Shown here one piece after another: positions 1 to 9,763 of a DNA stretch of 64,000 bases. The notes beneath the pieces were generated by a model. That model ran no database searches. It worked only from the letters and a program-made list of their open reading frames with translations, and was not told the origin of the DNA. Both the position numbers and the translations under genes were made by a program. Position 1 is the first letter of the stretch; each line of letters starts with the position of its first letter. Origin of the DNA: an uncultured delta proteobacterium (GTDB taxonomy: Bacteria > Myxococcota_A > Polyangia > Polyangiales > JAFGIB01); NCBI GenBank assembly GCA_963778655.1, contig CAVZVA010000005.1, positions 480,001-544,000 on the forward strand, given 5' to 3'.

Positions 1-2
1 AT

Positions 3-530
3 GCGGCGGGCCTCCGCTACAGCCGGTTGCCTGTGCCCGAGAGCGCCAAGTTCAAGCTGGCGTTTGCGAGCGACGCCGACGGCAACGCGCTGGAGCTGGT
101 CGGATTGCGCGCGCCGGCCGGCGACCGGCTCACGACGCGCATGCAGATCGGGCTCACGGTCGCGGACGTCCAGCGCTCGCGGCGCTTCTACGGCGAGCAG
201 CTCGGCTTGAAGGAAGAACCCGAGATGAAGCTGCCGGCGAGCATGGGCACCGTCGGCAACGTGCGCTACGGCTTCGTCTTGGGCGGCACCACGATCAAGT
301 TCTGGAGCCGCGGTGAGCTGCCCACCAAGACCGGTGCGCCGCCGCGCTACACCGGCATTCGCCTGATCACCGCGCACGTCCCCGACGCCGACGCGGCCCA
401 CGCGGAGCTGGTCGACCGCGGGATCACGGTCGCGGTCGCGCCGCACGACTTTCAGGGCCTGGCACGCGTGTTCTTCGTCACCGATCCGGACGGCAACTGG
501 ATCGAATTCGCGAGCCCGCTGCGCAAGTAG
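3..530 (+). CDS. VOC/glyoxalase family protein (5'-truncated by window edge)
   Basis: Open frame from position 3; two glyoxalase-like modules (DADGNALEL; IGLTVADVQRSRRFY...FFVTDPDGNWIEF). Confidence 0.85.
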   Translation, partial: AAGLRYSRLPVPESAKFKLAFASDADGNALELVGLRAPAGDRLTTRMQIGLTVADVQRSRRFYGEQLGLKEEPEMKLPASMGTVGNVRYGFVLGGTTIKFWSRGELPTKTGAPPRYTGIRLITAHVPDADAAHAELVDRGITVAVAPHDFQGLARVFFVTDPDGNWIEFASPLRK

Positions 531-540
531 CGCGCGATCC

Positions 541-572
541 CGCCGCCGCCGAGGGCCGCCCGCGCGGCGGCG
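541..572. terminator. GC-rich hairpin between convergent genes
   Basis: CGCCGCCGC (541-549) / GCGGCGGCG (564-572) inverted repeat between two stop codons; no strong U-tract. Confidence 0.35.
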
Positions 573-576
573 CTCT

Positions 577-2574
577 TCACTGCGGGTCGAGCACCAGCAG
601 CGCGCCGTCCGTGCCCGCGGCGAAGACGCGGCCGGCGTCGTCGCCGAACACACTTTCGAGCGAGCTCTGGGTGCCGGTCGCGAGCTCGTTCCAGCCGCTG
701 CCGTCGTAGCGCAGCGCGACGCCGCCGCTGCCCACCGCGTAGACCTCGTCCGGCGAGCGGCCCCAGACATCGTCGAGAGAGTAGCTTGCGCCGCGCGACT
801 GGTCCTCGAAGCGCTTGCCGTCCCAGTGCAGGATGGTGCTTTCGGTGCCGACCACCCATACGTCATCGTCGCCGCTGCCCCAGACCGCGCGCAGATTCTG
901 GACCACGCCGCCCATCGGCCCGGTCGGCACCTTGGCCCACGCGCTGCCGTCCCAGCGCAGCACGGTGCCGCCTTCGCCCACGGCCCAGAAGCGGTCGTCG
1001 GCGCTGCCCCACACGTCGAGCAGGTTGCTGTGGACGGTGGTCGAGACCGCGATGAAGCCGCCCGCGGCGTTGACCATGGCCAGACCGCCGTGGCCCACGA
1101 TCCACACGCTGTGGCCCGCGCCCCACACGCCACGCAGCCAGGTGTCGCCGGCGGCGGCCACGTCGAGTGTGTTGAACGCGCCGTTTTCGTAGCGCACGAC
1201 GGTGCCGGCGGTGCCCACCGCCCACAGCCCGCTGGCATCGCCCCAGACACCGTACAGCGAGCGATCGGTCGGACGCGGAAGCACGCTCCAGCCCTGCGCG
1301 TCGCGGCGCGCGATCTCATCGCCGACCGCCCACAGGGTCGTCCCGTCGCCCCAGAGCGCGAGGTGGTTGTGGCGCGAGCCCTGCGACATGCTCTGGCGCG
1401 CGTCGCCCGAGAAGCGCGTGATCTGACCCAGCTCGCCCACCGCGATCAGCTCGCCCTGCGCGACGCGCGCCGCGCCGTACAGCGACAGCGGGCTCCCGCT
1501 CGGAAGCTCCGCCCACAGCTCGCCGTTGTAGCGAAACACCTTGCCGCCTTCGCCGAAGGCCCACACCCGCCACGGCCCTTCTGGCGCCGGCGGCAAGCCC
1601 GCGTCCATGCCCGCGTCCGCCGGCATCGGCATGGTCATCGGCGTGCCGGCGTCGGTTGGCGCGGGCGCGGCGATATCGACCCGCACGCTGTGCAGAATGT
1701 CCGTTCCCGCCAGGCCTTTGTTGGCCATCTTCCAGGCCGTGCCGTCCCAGTGGACCGCGGTGCCGGCCTGGCCGACCGCCCACACGTCGTGCTCGGCGAG
1801 CGCGTGCAGCGAGAGCAACGCCCTGCCCGTGGGGCTCCTGTCGGCGCTCCATGCGGTGCCATCGAACGAGAGGATCACGCCGCCGTCGCCCACGGCCCAG
1901 ACACGCTCCGCCGACAGGCCCCACACTGCGTTCAAGACCTGGTCGGTCTGCAATCCGAGCGACTGATTGGTCCACTGCTTGCCATCGTAGTGGATGACCA
2001 CCGCGCTCACGCCCGAGTGGCCCACGGCCCACACCGCGTCGGGCGCGGCGGCGAAGACGCCGTGCAGCACGCCCGTCATGGAACCGCCCGAGGCGTCAAT
2101 CAGGTCGCCGAGGTCCTGCACGCTCCAGCTCTTGCCGTCGTAGTGCAGCACATCGCCGCCGTTGCCCACCGCCCACACATCGTCTGGGCCGCTGCCGTGC
2201 ACCGCCAGCAGGTCCTGATCAGTGCCGGGGTGCTCGGCGCGGAAGCCCGTGCCGTCGTAGTGCAACAGCACGCCGCCGTCGCCCACGGCCCACACGTCGT
2301 CCGGCGCCGCAGCCCACGCCGCGCGCAGCGTCTCGCCCTGAGGGGAGGGCAGCTCCCAGCAAAAGCCATCGGTGCTGCACACGCGCGAAGGGCCGGCGTC
2401 GAGCACGGTCGCGGCGTCCGGCGCGGCCGCCGTGCCGCCGTCTTCGTCGTCGTGCGCCGGCGCGTGGCCAGCGTCGCGCGCGCCACTACCCGCGTCCGCT
2501 GTGGGCTTGCCGGAGCCACCGCCTCCGCATGCGGCCAACGTGCAGACCAGGCACAACCTCGCTGCGAGTCTCAT
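577..2574 (-). CDS. Beta-propeller repeat lipoprotein (VWAVG..G.ILH.DG..W repeats)
   Basis: Lipobox LAAC after MRLAARLCLVCT; GAGAGGG SD-like element upstream; more than 10 ~40-aa repeats in two blocks split by a Pro-rich linker. Confidence 0.8.
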   Translation of the reverse strand: MRLAARLCLVCTLAACGGGGSGKPTADAGSGARDAGHAPAHDDEDGGTAAAPDAATVLDAGPSRVCSTDGFCWELPSPQGETLRAAWAAAPDDVWAVGDGGVLLHYDGTGFRAEHPGTDQDLLAVHGSGPDDVWAVGNGGDVLHYDGKSWSVQDLGDLIDASGGSMTGVLHGVFAAAPDAVWAVGHSGVSAVVIHYDGKQWTNQSLGLQTDQVLNAVWGLSAERVWAVGDGGVILSFDGTAWSADRSPTGRALLSLHALAEHDVWAVGQAGTAVHWDGTAWKMANKGLAGTDILHSVRVDIAAPAPTDAGTPMTMPMPADAGMDAGLPPAPEGPWRVWAFGEGGKVFRYNGELWAELPSGSPLSLYGAARVAQGELIAVGELGQITRFSGDARQSMSQGSRHNHLALWGDGTTLWAVGDEIARRDAQGWSVLPRPTDRSLYGVWGDASGLWAVGTAGTVVRYENGAFNTLDVAAAGDTWLRGVWGAGHSVWIVGHGGLAMVNAAGGFIAVSTTVHSNLLDVWGSADDRFWAVGEGGTVLRWDGSAWAKVPTGPMGGVVQNLRAVWGSGDDDVWVVGTESTILHWDGKRFEDQSRGASYSLDDVWGRSPDEVYAVGSGGVALRYDGSGWNELATGTQSSLESVFGDDAGRVFAAGTDGALLVLDPQ

Positions 2575-2603
2575 CGCGCCCTCTCTTTTGGTCATGCGCC
2601 GCC

Positions 2604-4409
2604 TCAGCCTGGGCCGGGCACGCAACCCAGGCACTGGATCACGTGACCGCAGCCGTCGGGCCCGTTGTAGGGGCCCGTCATGCACACGTCGCTGCACTTC
2701 AGCGGTGCGCAGCAGGTGCCGTTCGCGTCGCACACCAGTGGGCTGTTGCAGCTGCAGTCGAGCGTGCCGCCGCAGCCGTCGCCGGTGGTGTTGCAGCCCA
2801 CGCCGGGGTCGCTGCAGGTCTTGGGCTTGCAGCACTGGTTGTCGATGCACTTGAGCCCGCTCGGGCAGCTCCCGCAGGCCGCCTCGCCGCCGCAACTGTC
2901 GCTGACGCTGCCGCACTGCTTGTCGCTCGGGCAGGCGCGCGGCGTGCACACGTCGCAGACGTTGGCGGTGATCTGGCCGCACACCTCGCCCGTCGAGCAG
3001 CCGCCGCACTCAATCGACCCGCCGCAGCCATCCGAGATCTGCCCGCACTCCCCGGTGCCGCAGGTCTTGGGTGTGCAGGGGCTGCAGACGTGCGCGGCCT
3101 GACCCGGCACGCTGCAGTACTCGCCCTCCGGGCAGCCGCCACAATCGAGCTGGCCGCCGCAGCCGTCGTCCCCGGTGCCGCACTTCCAGCCCACGTCGTC
3201 ACAGGTCTTGGGCGTGCATGGCGTGCAGACGTTGGCGCTGACCAGGCCGCACACCTGCGGCTCGCCCGAGCTGGCGTCCGGGCAGCTGCCGCACTGGAGC
3301 TTGCCGCCACAGCCGTCCGCGATCTCGCCGCACGCTCCGTCCGGGCAGGTGCGCGGCACGCAACACTTGTGCTGATAGCAGCTTGCGCCCGTCGGATCGC
3401 CGTTGGCGTCGACCGAGGGGCAGGTTCCGCAGTCGAGCGAGCCTCCGCAGCCGTCGTTGCCGCCGCCGCACTCGTAGCTCAGCTCGCCGCAGGTCTTGGG
3501 AACGCAGCTCGTGCACTGGTGCTCGACGCAGATCTCGCCGCGCGCGCAATCGCCGCAGTCGACCACGCCGCCGCTGCACGGGTCGTCGATGATGCCGCAG
3601 TTAGCCATCAGCAGATCGCACGCAGGCGGGGGCGGCGGCATGCGGCAGACGTGATCGAGGCAGACTTTGCCACCCTTGCAGCTGCCGCAGTCGAGCGTGG
3701 CGCCGCAGCCGTCGCTGAGCGTGCCGCACTCGGCGCCCTCGAGCTCGCAGCTGGTCGGAGCGCACGAGGCGCAGGTGTGCTCGAGCGCGTCGCACGCCTC
3801 GCCGTCGCCGCAGCCGTTGCAATCGAGCATGCCGCCGCAACCGTCAGGCAGGCTGCCGCAGGCCATCAATGCCTCGCAGGTTTGCGGTTTGCACGTGCCA
3901 CACTGACCGGAGGCCGCGTCACAGATCTCGCCCGCGCCGCACGCGCCGCACGGTTGGGGCTCGCCGCAGGCGTCGAGCAGCACGCCGCACTTCTGTCCCG
4001 CCGCGTCGCAGGCGTCGCCGGTGTCGCGACAGCGATGGCTGTGGGCGTCGCACAGCTGGCCGCTGTCGCAGCTGCCGCAGCGCAGCATGCCTCCGCAGCC
4101 ATCCGCCACCGCGCCGCAGGCCGCGCGCATTTGCAGGCACGTCATCGGCACGCACGGCGGGTCGCCGCCGGCCGTGCCGGCGCTGCCGCCACCGCCCGGG
4201 CCCGCATCGAGGCCGGCGTCCCGGCCGTGCCCGGTGCTGAGCGGGTCGCTGCTCGCATCACGCGCGTTCGCGCCGCCGCCGTCGCCATCCAGGCCGCCGC
4301 CGCCGGCGTCGCCGGAATGACCAGCGCCGCCATGCATCTTGCCGGAGCACGCGAGCAGCCCGACCACCAGCACCGACAGCCCGATCCCCGGCAACGTCCT
4401 CAGCGCCAT
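2604..4409 (-). CDS. Cys-rich tandem repeat lipoprotein (CxPxTC...CG..xDGCGGxLxCGxC, ~12 repeats)
   Basis: Lipobox LLAC, Gly/Asp/Ala linker, then ~12 disulfide-rich repeats typical of myxobacteria; alternative start at 4430. Confidence 0.85.
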   Translation of the reverse strand: MALRTLPGIGLSVLVVGLLACSGKMHGGAGHSGDAGGGGLDGDGGGANARDASSDPLSTGHGRDAGLDAGPGGGGSAGTAGGDPPCVPMTCLQMRAACGAVADGCGGMLRCGSCDSGQLCDAHSHRCRDTGDACDAAGQKCGVLLDACGEPQPCGACGAGEICDAASGQCGTCKPQTCEALMACGSLPDGCGGMLDCNGCGDGEACDALEHTCASCAPTSCELEGAECGTLSDGCGATLDCGSCKGGKVCLDHVCRMPPPPPACDLLMANCGIIDDPCSGGVVDCGDCARGEICVEHQCTSCVPKTCGELSYECGGGNDGCGGSLDCGTCPSVDANGDPTGASCYQHKCCVPRTCPDGACGEIADGCGGKLQCGSCPDASSGEPQVCGLVSANVCTPCTPKTCDDVGWKCGTGDDGCGGQLDCGGCPEGEYCSVPGQAAHVCSPCTPKTCGTGECGQISDGCGGSIECGGCSTGEVCGQITANVCDVCTPRACPSDKQCGSVSDSCGGEAACGSCPSGLKCIDNQCCKPKTCSDPGVGCNTTGDGCGGTLDCSCNSPLVCDANGTCCAPLKCSDVCMTGPYNGPDGCGHVIQCLGCVPGPG

Positions 4410-4537
4410 CACCCAACACCCCAAGCGCATGCTGGATCTGAATTCCAGCAGATCGGAGAAACTACTGTAACACAGTGGTGATATCGGGCTCGTCCGCTGG
4501 GCACTTTTGGTACGCGCATGTGGGCTGCTCTGGTGCG

Positions 4538-6445
4538 TTACCGAGGCGTCACGATGGTGATGCGCTTGAGGTCGAGGCCGCCCGGATACATGTAGCTGGT
4601 GTAGCGGCCGTAGCCGTAGACGAGCAGGCCGAACGGGTTGTCCGCCTTGATGCGGTAGACGCCGCTGCCGTTCGCCGGCAGCCGCGCGCGGATGACCTGC
4701 AGGTCGCTCTGGCCGACGTCGCTCTTGTCGCCGCCGAGCGGCGCGTCGTCGAGCATGACTTGCGTCCCAATCGGCGCCATTACGTTGATGAAGCTCGCAT
4801 CGTAGGTGGGCGACGCGGTGAACGTGTACTCGCTGCGGTACTGCGCGATCGGCACGGCCAGCGACATCGAGGGATCGCCCGCGCCGCTCGGCACCGAGGT
4901 CTGTCCCTGCATGTATTGCGCGATCAGAATCGGCTTGTCCGCGGTTACGCGCACGTCTTGCGGCGCCTCCTCCATGTCGGGCTGCCCGCCCGTTCCCCGG
5001 GTGTAGCTGCCAATCCGCAGCTCCAATGGGTCACCGTCCGGGCCAAGCGTGATCGGGTCGTGCACGGCCGGCTCGAACTTTACCTGAGTGTCGGCCTCGA
5101 CCGCGGCGATGCGCACCACGTAGGGTGACTGGCTTGCCACGGCGGCCGGGTACGAGACCACGTAGTCGGTGCCGAGGATCTGCGTCGGAAACAGCGCTTG
5201 CTCCAGGTGGTCGCAGGCGCCGGTCTTCGGTTCCGGAATGTTCGCGCACGAGTGCCCGCCGATGACCTGCACCGGCTTGTCGGCGCGCACCACGCTGCCG
5301 CTCGCGTCGTCGGTCTGATCGCCGTGGCTCGACAACACCTCGAGCACATCTCCGCGATCGAGCGCGATATCACCCTTGCCGTCGCGGTCCACGCCGCCTC
5401 CGGGCCGGAACTGGCCGTGCCCCTCGAGCGACACGTGGGTGTTGTCGGCGGTGGCCGTGACCGCGTAGAACGACGCGGTATTGCCCTGCGACGGCCAGCT
5501 CATCACCGTGTAGTCGCCGGTCAGCGCCGTGGCGGGCAATAGCAGCGAGGCGTCATTGGAATACGAGAGGCACTCGCTCACGATGCCTCCGGGGCAGTCG
5601 GTGCCGACCGGACAGCCCGCGGGCGTGTCGCCGTTCTGACCGAGCTCGTACTCGAGCGGGCTGAGTTGGTACACCGTGACCGGGCGGTCGCTGCGCAGGC
5701 GATAGGCTCCGCCCTTGACCACGCGGCTGTCGCCCGGCTCCGGCGGGACCTGGCAGGCGTCCTGGTCACCGCCCTTGAGCCCCGCGACCCAGTCGAGCTT
5801 CACGATCTCGAGGCTGTCGACGTCGACCGTCAGCTCCCGCACCATGGCGTCGCCGCGCGTGACGACCACGTGCGCCGGCGCGTCGCTCGCATTCGAGACT
5901 GCGGCCGCGAAGTCGAACCCACTCCAGACCGGGTTCAAGGTGACCGTGGGATAGTAGTCGCAGCCGATGTAGCTGGTGGTGACCTGGGGCGGCGCGCAGG
6001 CGCCCTTGCAGCCATCAGGCTCGCAAGTCATCCCCTGCATGGGGTCGCACTCGAACTGATCGAAGCCGGTGCCGTCCTCGCGGCAGATGCGGCCGGTGCC
6101 ATCCGCGCAGCTCGCCTCGCCGGGCGTGCACACCACGCAGCCCAGCGTCAGCACCTGGCCGGTGGTGCTCAAGCGTGAGCTCAGGCACGTCTGCCCGAGA
6201 CCCGCGCAGTCCGTGGTCTTCTTGAAGCCGCCGTGGCCGTCGCAGACCATCGCGGTCGAGCCATGGCAGACCACGCGGTCCGCGGTGCAGTTGAACCCCG
6301 CGCCGCCGGCTTCGCCTGCGTCGCCGCCGCCCTTGGCGCGGTGGCTGCTGCAAGCGCACACGCCCGCGCTCAGCGCAAACGCGAGCAAGCAAAGCCAAGA
6401 GCGTCGAGCCAACCCCAAGCAGAACACGTGACGCCCAGTATGCAT
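4538..6445 (-). CDS. IgGFc-binding-protein N-terminal domain lipoprotein
   Basis: Lipobox VCAC; motifs SYIGCDYYPT, YSNDASLLLP, ADKPVQVIGGHSC, DHLEQ, GDPSM, YGYGRYTSYMYPGG. Confidence 0.85.
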   Translation of the reverse strand: MHTGRHVFCLGLARRSWLCLLAFALSAGVCACSSHRAKGGGDAGEAGGAGFNCTADRVVCHGSTAMVCDGHGGFKKTTDCAGLGQTCLSSRLSTTGQVLTLGCVVCTPGEASCADGTGRICREDGTGFDQFECDPMQGMTCEPDGCKGACAPPQVTTSYIGCDYYPTVTLNPVWSGFDFAAAVSNASDAPAHVVVTRGDAMVRELTVDVDSLEIVKLDWVAGLKGGDQDACQVPPEPGDSRVVKGGAYRLRSDRPVTVYQLSPLEYELGQNGDTPAGCPVGTDCPGGIVSECLSYSNDASLLLPATALTGDYTVMSWPSQGNTASFYAVTATADNTHVSLEGHGQFRPGGGVDRDGKGDIALDRGDVLEVLSSHGDQTDDASGSVVRADKPVQVIGGHSCANIPEPKTGACDHLEQALFPTQILGTDYVVSYPAAVASQSPYVVRIAAVEADTQVKFEPAVHDPITLGPDGDPLELRIGSYTRGTGGQPDMEEAPQDVRVTADKPILIAQYMQGQTSVPSGAGDPSMSLAVPIAQYRSEYTFTASPTYDASFINVMAPIGTQVMLDDAPLGGDKSDVGQSDLQVIRARLPANGSGVYRIKADNPFGLLVYGYGRYTSYMYPGGLDLKRITIVTPR

Positions 6446-6582
6446 GGCCGCGTTCTCAGCCGCCAAGCCTGCACGTGCATCGAGGTGCGCGTCTCCGCTC
6501 GCCCGCACACATTGTGCTCGTCATCCACCGGCGCGCCCACGAGGGCGCGGCAAGCCGGTCACGGGACGGCGCAGCGCCGGGG

Positions 6583-7815
6583 TCAGGAACGTCCGAGCCA
6601 GCCGCGGCGGCGGAAGTACCACAGCAGCGAGCTGGTCAGCGTCACGCACAGGCCCCAGAAGACGGCGTAGCCGTAACGCCACTGCAGCTCGGGCAGCACG
6701 CGGAAGTTCATTCCGTATACGCCGGCCAGGAAGGTGATCGGAATGAAGATCGTGGCCATCACCGTGAGCACTTGCATCGACTCGTTGGTGCGCTGGGTGG
6801 CCATCGACAGGTGCAGGTCGGTCAAGCTCGAGGCCACGTCGCGGAAGGTGTCCAGCATGTCGATCAGCTGCGTGCAGTGGTCGCGCACGTCGGAGAGATA
6901 GGCGCGCACCGCGGCGCCTATCGCGTGCTGCTCCTTGTGCGCCAGCTCGGTCACGAGCTCGCGCGTGGGCCACAACACACGGCGCAGCACCGCCAGCTCA
7001 CGCTTGATGCCGTGGATCTGCGACAGCAGCTCCGATCCACGCACGCTCATGATCTCCTCCTCGAGACGCTCGAGGTACTCGGCATAGGCGTCCAGGATCG
7101 GGAAACCGTGGTCGACGATGGTGTCGAGCAGCGTGTAGGCCAGAAACGACGCGTCGCCGGAGCGGATCGGCGAGCCCTGACGTGCGAGGCGCGCCAGCAG
7201 CGGCTGCCAGGCGTGGGTCGGCCGCTCTTGAAAGCTGACCAGCAGATCGTGGCGCAGAAAGAAGCTCACCTGCTGGGAGACCAGGCCCTCGTTCTCGCGC
7301 GTGAGCAGCTGAGCGACCACGAACAGGTGGTCGGGGTAGGGCTCGGCGCGCGGGCGCTGCGGCACGTGCACCACGTCCTCCGCGGCCAGCGTATGAAAGC
7401 CGAACTCTTCGCGCAGCGCATTGACGACGTACGGGTGCAGTCCCTCCACGCGCAGCCAGCGCACGCGCGACCACTCGGGGCGCGGATGCGCGATCAGAGC
7501 CCGGACGTCGGGCAACTCGATGGACCCGCTCTGGTCGGCGCCGTAGTCGCAGCAGACCAGCTTGACCTCGCCGGGGTCGGGCTCGACATGGACGTCCGGC
7601 GCATGCTCGATACCCGCGGCCGTGCCCGGCAGCATGGTTTGGCGCTGGCCGCGGTCCTTGCTGACCAGCAAGCGCGGAAGTCGAAACGCCGCGCCGATCA
7701 GGTGCGTCAGCCCGCCGACCGACCCCACGGCAAAGCCGACCGCGCCATCAATCGCGCCGCCGAGCGCGCCGCCGACGCGCCGGCCCAGACCGTCTTCACT
7801 CTTGTCGTTGCTCAT
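6583..7815 (-). CDS. corA: CorA-family magnesium/cobalt transporter
   Basis: GVYGMNF signature and MPEL-like LPELQW between two C-terminal TM helices; GGAGG SD before ATG 7815. Confidence 0.93.
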   Translation of the reverse strand: MSNDKSEDGLGRRVGGALGGAIDGAVGFAVGSVGGLTHLIGAAFRLPRLLVSKDRGQRQTMLPGTAAGIEHAPDVHVEPDPGEVKLVCCDYGADQSGSIELPDVRALIAHPRPEWSRVRWLRVEGLHPYVVNALREEFGFHTLAAEDVVHVPQRPRAEPYPDHLFVVAQLLTRENEGLVSQQVSFFLRHDLLVSFQERPTHAWQPLLARLARQGSPIRSGDASFLAYTLLDTIVDHGFPILDAYAEYLERLEEEIMSVRGSELLSQIHGIKRELAVLRRVLWPTRELVTELAHKEQHAIGAAVRAYLSDVRDHCTQLIDMLDTFRDVASSLTDLHLSMATQRTNESMQVLTVMATIFIPITFLAGVYGMNFRVLPELQWRYGYAVFWGLCVTLTSSLLWYFRRRGWLGRS

Positions 7816-8010
7816 CTCACCTCCCCGCCCGCGGGACCGCGAGCTCTCGTCCGCCCGCAGTATACGGCGGCAAAGCCGGGCCCGTGATTTCGGGGGTTGG
7901 GCGAAGCGCGTCGCGCGCGTGATGGGCGCCTCGAGCCGGTTGCGTCCGCGTTCAATCTGTGATGGACGGGTAGGGCAGTGACCGTGCGGGACGGCGCGGG
8001 CGAGGTGGCC

Positions 8011-9684
8011 ATGAGAAAGCGATGGGGTCTGCGGCTGTGCGCCGCGGTTGCGATCGGGTGTGCGTGGGCGTGCGGCGCCGACGACGGGAGCGGCAATCTG
8101 AACGGCGCCGGGTTGCCGACGGCGACCATGGCCGGCTCCGGTGGAGCCCTTGGCGGTGCCGCGGCCGCGAGCGCGCAAGCGCCGGCGCTGGGCGGCACCG
8201 GCGGCACCGGCGGCGTCGGCACTGGCACCGGCGGCGCAGCAGCGGCGAGCATGGGCACGGGAGGCGGCGGCGCTGCGGGCATGGCCGGCAGCCCGTCCGC
8301 TGCGGGCGGCGGTGGGGCGAGCTCGCCGGCTGATCTTTCAGGCGTGACGCTGGAAGCGATCGGCGCCAACGGCACGATCGGGCTCGACTGGACGCGCATC
8401 GACGGTGCGACCGGCTACCGCGTGTACTGGTCGAAGACGGCGGGCGTCACACCGGCCAACGGCCAGGCCATCGACGTCGCTGATCCGAGCTACGTGCACC
8501 GCGCGCTCGACAACGGCAGCCCGTACTACTACGTGGTCACGGCGCTCAGCGGCGGGGTGGAAGGCCCGCCCTCCCCGGAGGCGACCGCCACGCCGCACGG
8601 CGAGTGGGTGCTCGAGCAGCTCGGTAGCGGCGATTTCGACGACGTGGTCACCGGCCAGCGCGTGCCGCGCGTGCCGATCGCCGAGCGCGTGCACGTGCTG
8701 TTGTTTGCCGAAGGCTATACCAGCGCGGACTTGGCGGGATTTCACGATCAGGCCACGCACGCGACCGGCGACAACGACGTCGACCGCTGGCAAGCCGAGG
8801 TATTTGCGATCGAGCCGTACTCGCTGTTCAAGGAGGCGTTCGTGATCTGGTTCCTGCCGCGGGCGTCCGCCGCGCATCTGGGCGAAGGAGAGACCGCGTT
8901 TCACGTGGGCGTGAGCGGCGGCGGCGTGACCGACATCAACTCCGCGGCCGCGCCGATGTTCGACGCCATCGACGGTGCTGGCGATGACGCGTTCGCCTAT
9001 CCGCCTGGCACCTCACAGGCGGCCAACGTGATCGCGGCGTTCCTGCTGCTCGATCCCCAGCGCGGCCGCGCCGGCTTCAGCGGGGTGACCACGTTCGGCA
9101 TGCGCAGCCCCACCACGCCCACGCTGAGCGTGCCGGCGTCGTTCGGAATTGGCCAGGCCCACGAGTTCACGCACGCGTTCTCGCGCGTCTCGGACGAATA
9201 CATCGAGACCAGCAGCAGCGCGCCCGCGCGCACCACGGAGACCACCAACGTGGTGGCCAGCAACCGCTGCGACGATCTGCCCTGGGCGCACCTGCTGGAA
9301 GGCCGCGGGATCAATACCACGCCCGGGCTGGTGGGCGCGTTCGGCACGCCCGAGCTCGGCTACCATCCCGAGCTCAAATGCCTGATGAACGGCACGCACG
9401 ACAATGGAACGGTCTGGTGCCAGCCGAGCGACGACAACTACACCACGCTGACCTTGAGGCCGCAGCGCCTGTGCAACTATTGCCGCGAGCTCACGGCGTT
9501 CCACGTGTTCGAGCGCACCGGGCTGCTCTCCGGCACCGGCGCGTTCGACACCTGGAAGAGCATGTATCGCGGGCCGTTCTACCAGCGCTTCGGCTTTTCG
9601 GTGCCGGCCGGCGCGATTCCCCAGACCCTGCAGTGCAACCGCAACGGCGCCGAGCAAGCGGTGTACGAAGCCTGTATGCCGTGA
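8011..9684 (+). CDS. Secreted FN3 + M64 (IgA peptidase)-like zinc metallopeptidase lipoprotein
   Basis: Lipobox AWAC, Gly-rich linker, FN3 (LDW..GATGYRVY..YYYVVTA), then FAEGYT, HEFTHAFSRVSDEY, CLMN and LCNYC. Confidence 0.75.
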   Translation: MRKRWGLRLCAAVAIGCAWACGADDGSGNLNGAGLPTATMAGSGGALGGAAAASAQAPALGGTGGTGGVGTGTGGAAAASMGTGGGGAAGMAGSPSAAGGGGASSPADLSGVTLEAIGANGTIGLDWTRIDGATGYRVYWSKTAGVTPANGQAIDVADPSYVHRALDNGSPYYYVVTALSGGVEGPPSPEATATPHGEWVLEQLGSGDFDDVVTGQRVPRVPIAERVHVLLFAEGYTSADLAGFHDQATHATGDNDVDRWQAEVFAIEPYSLFKEAFVIWFLPRASAAHLGEGETAFHVGVSGGGVTDINSAAAPMFDAIDGAGDDAFAYPPGTSQAANVIAAFLLLDPQRGRAGFSGVTTFGMRSPTTPTLSVPASFGIGQAHEFTHAFSRVSDEYIETSSSAPARTTETTNVVASNRCDDLPWAHLLEGRGINTTPGLVGAFGTPELGYHPELKCLMNGTHDNGTVWCQPSDDNYTTLTLRPQRLCNYCRELTAFHVFERTGLLSGTGAFDTWKSMYRGPFYQRFGFSVPAGAIPQTLQCNRNGAEQAVYEACMP

Positions 9685-9763
9685 CGGACGAGCGGGGTGG
9701 CGCGCGCTGGCCGCCTCCCGACGACCGCGCCGCTGCTCGAGCGCCCGGCCGGCCGGCTACCGG

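Noticed and set aside
2604..4200. Regular DNA repeats (e.g. CCGCCGCAGCCGTC) resembling a CRISPR or tandem array
   Set aside because: They are the codons of the DGCGG protein repeat: degenerate, in frame, and no cas genes are present.
826..4481. Long antisense ORFs (826-2646, 2529-4481, and similar ones such as 12594-15323, 25440-28067 and 16815-18908)
   Set aside because: Shadow ORFs of real genes in high-GC DNA; Ala/Arg/Val-rich with no motifs.
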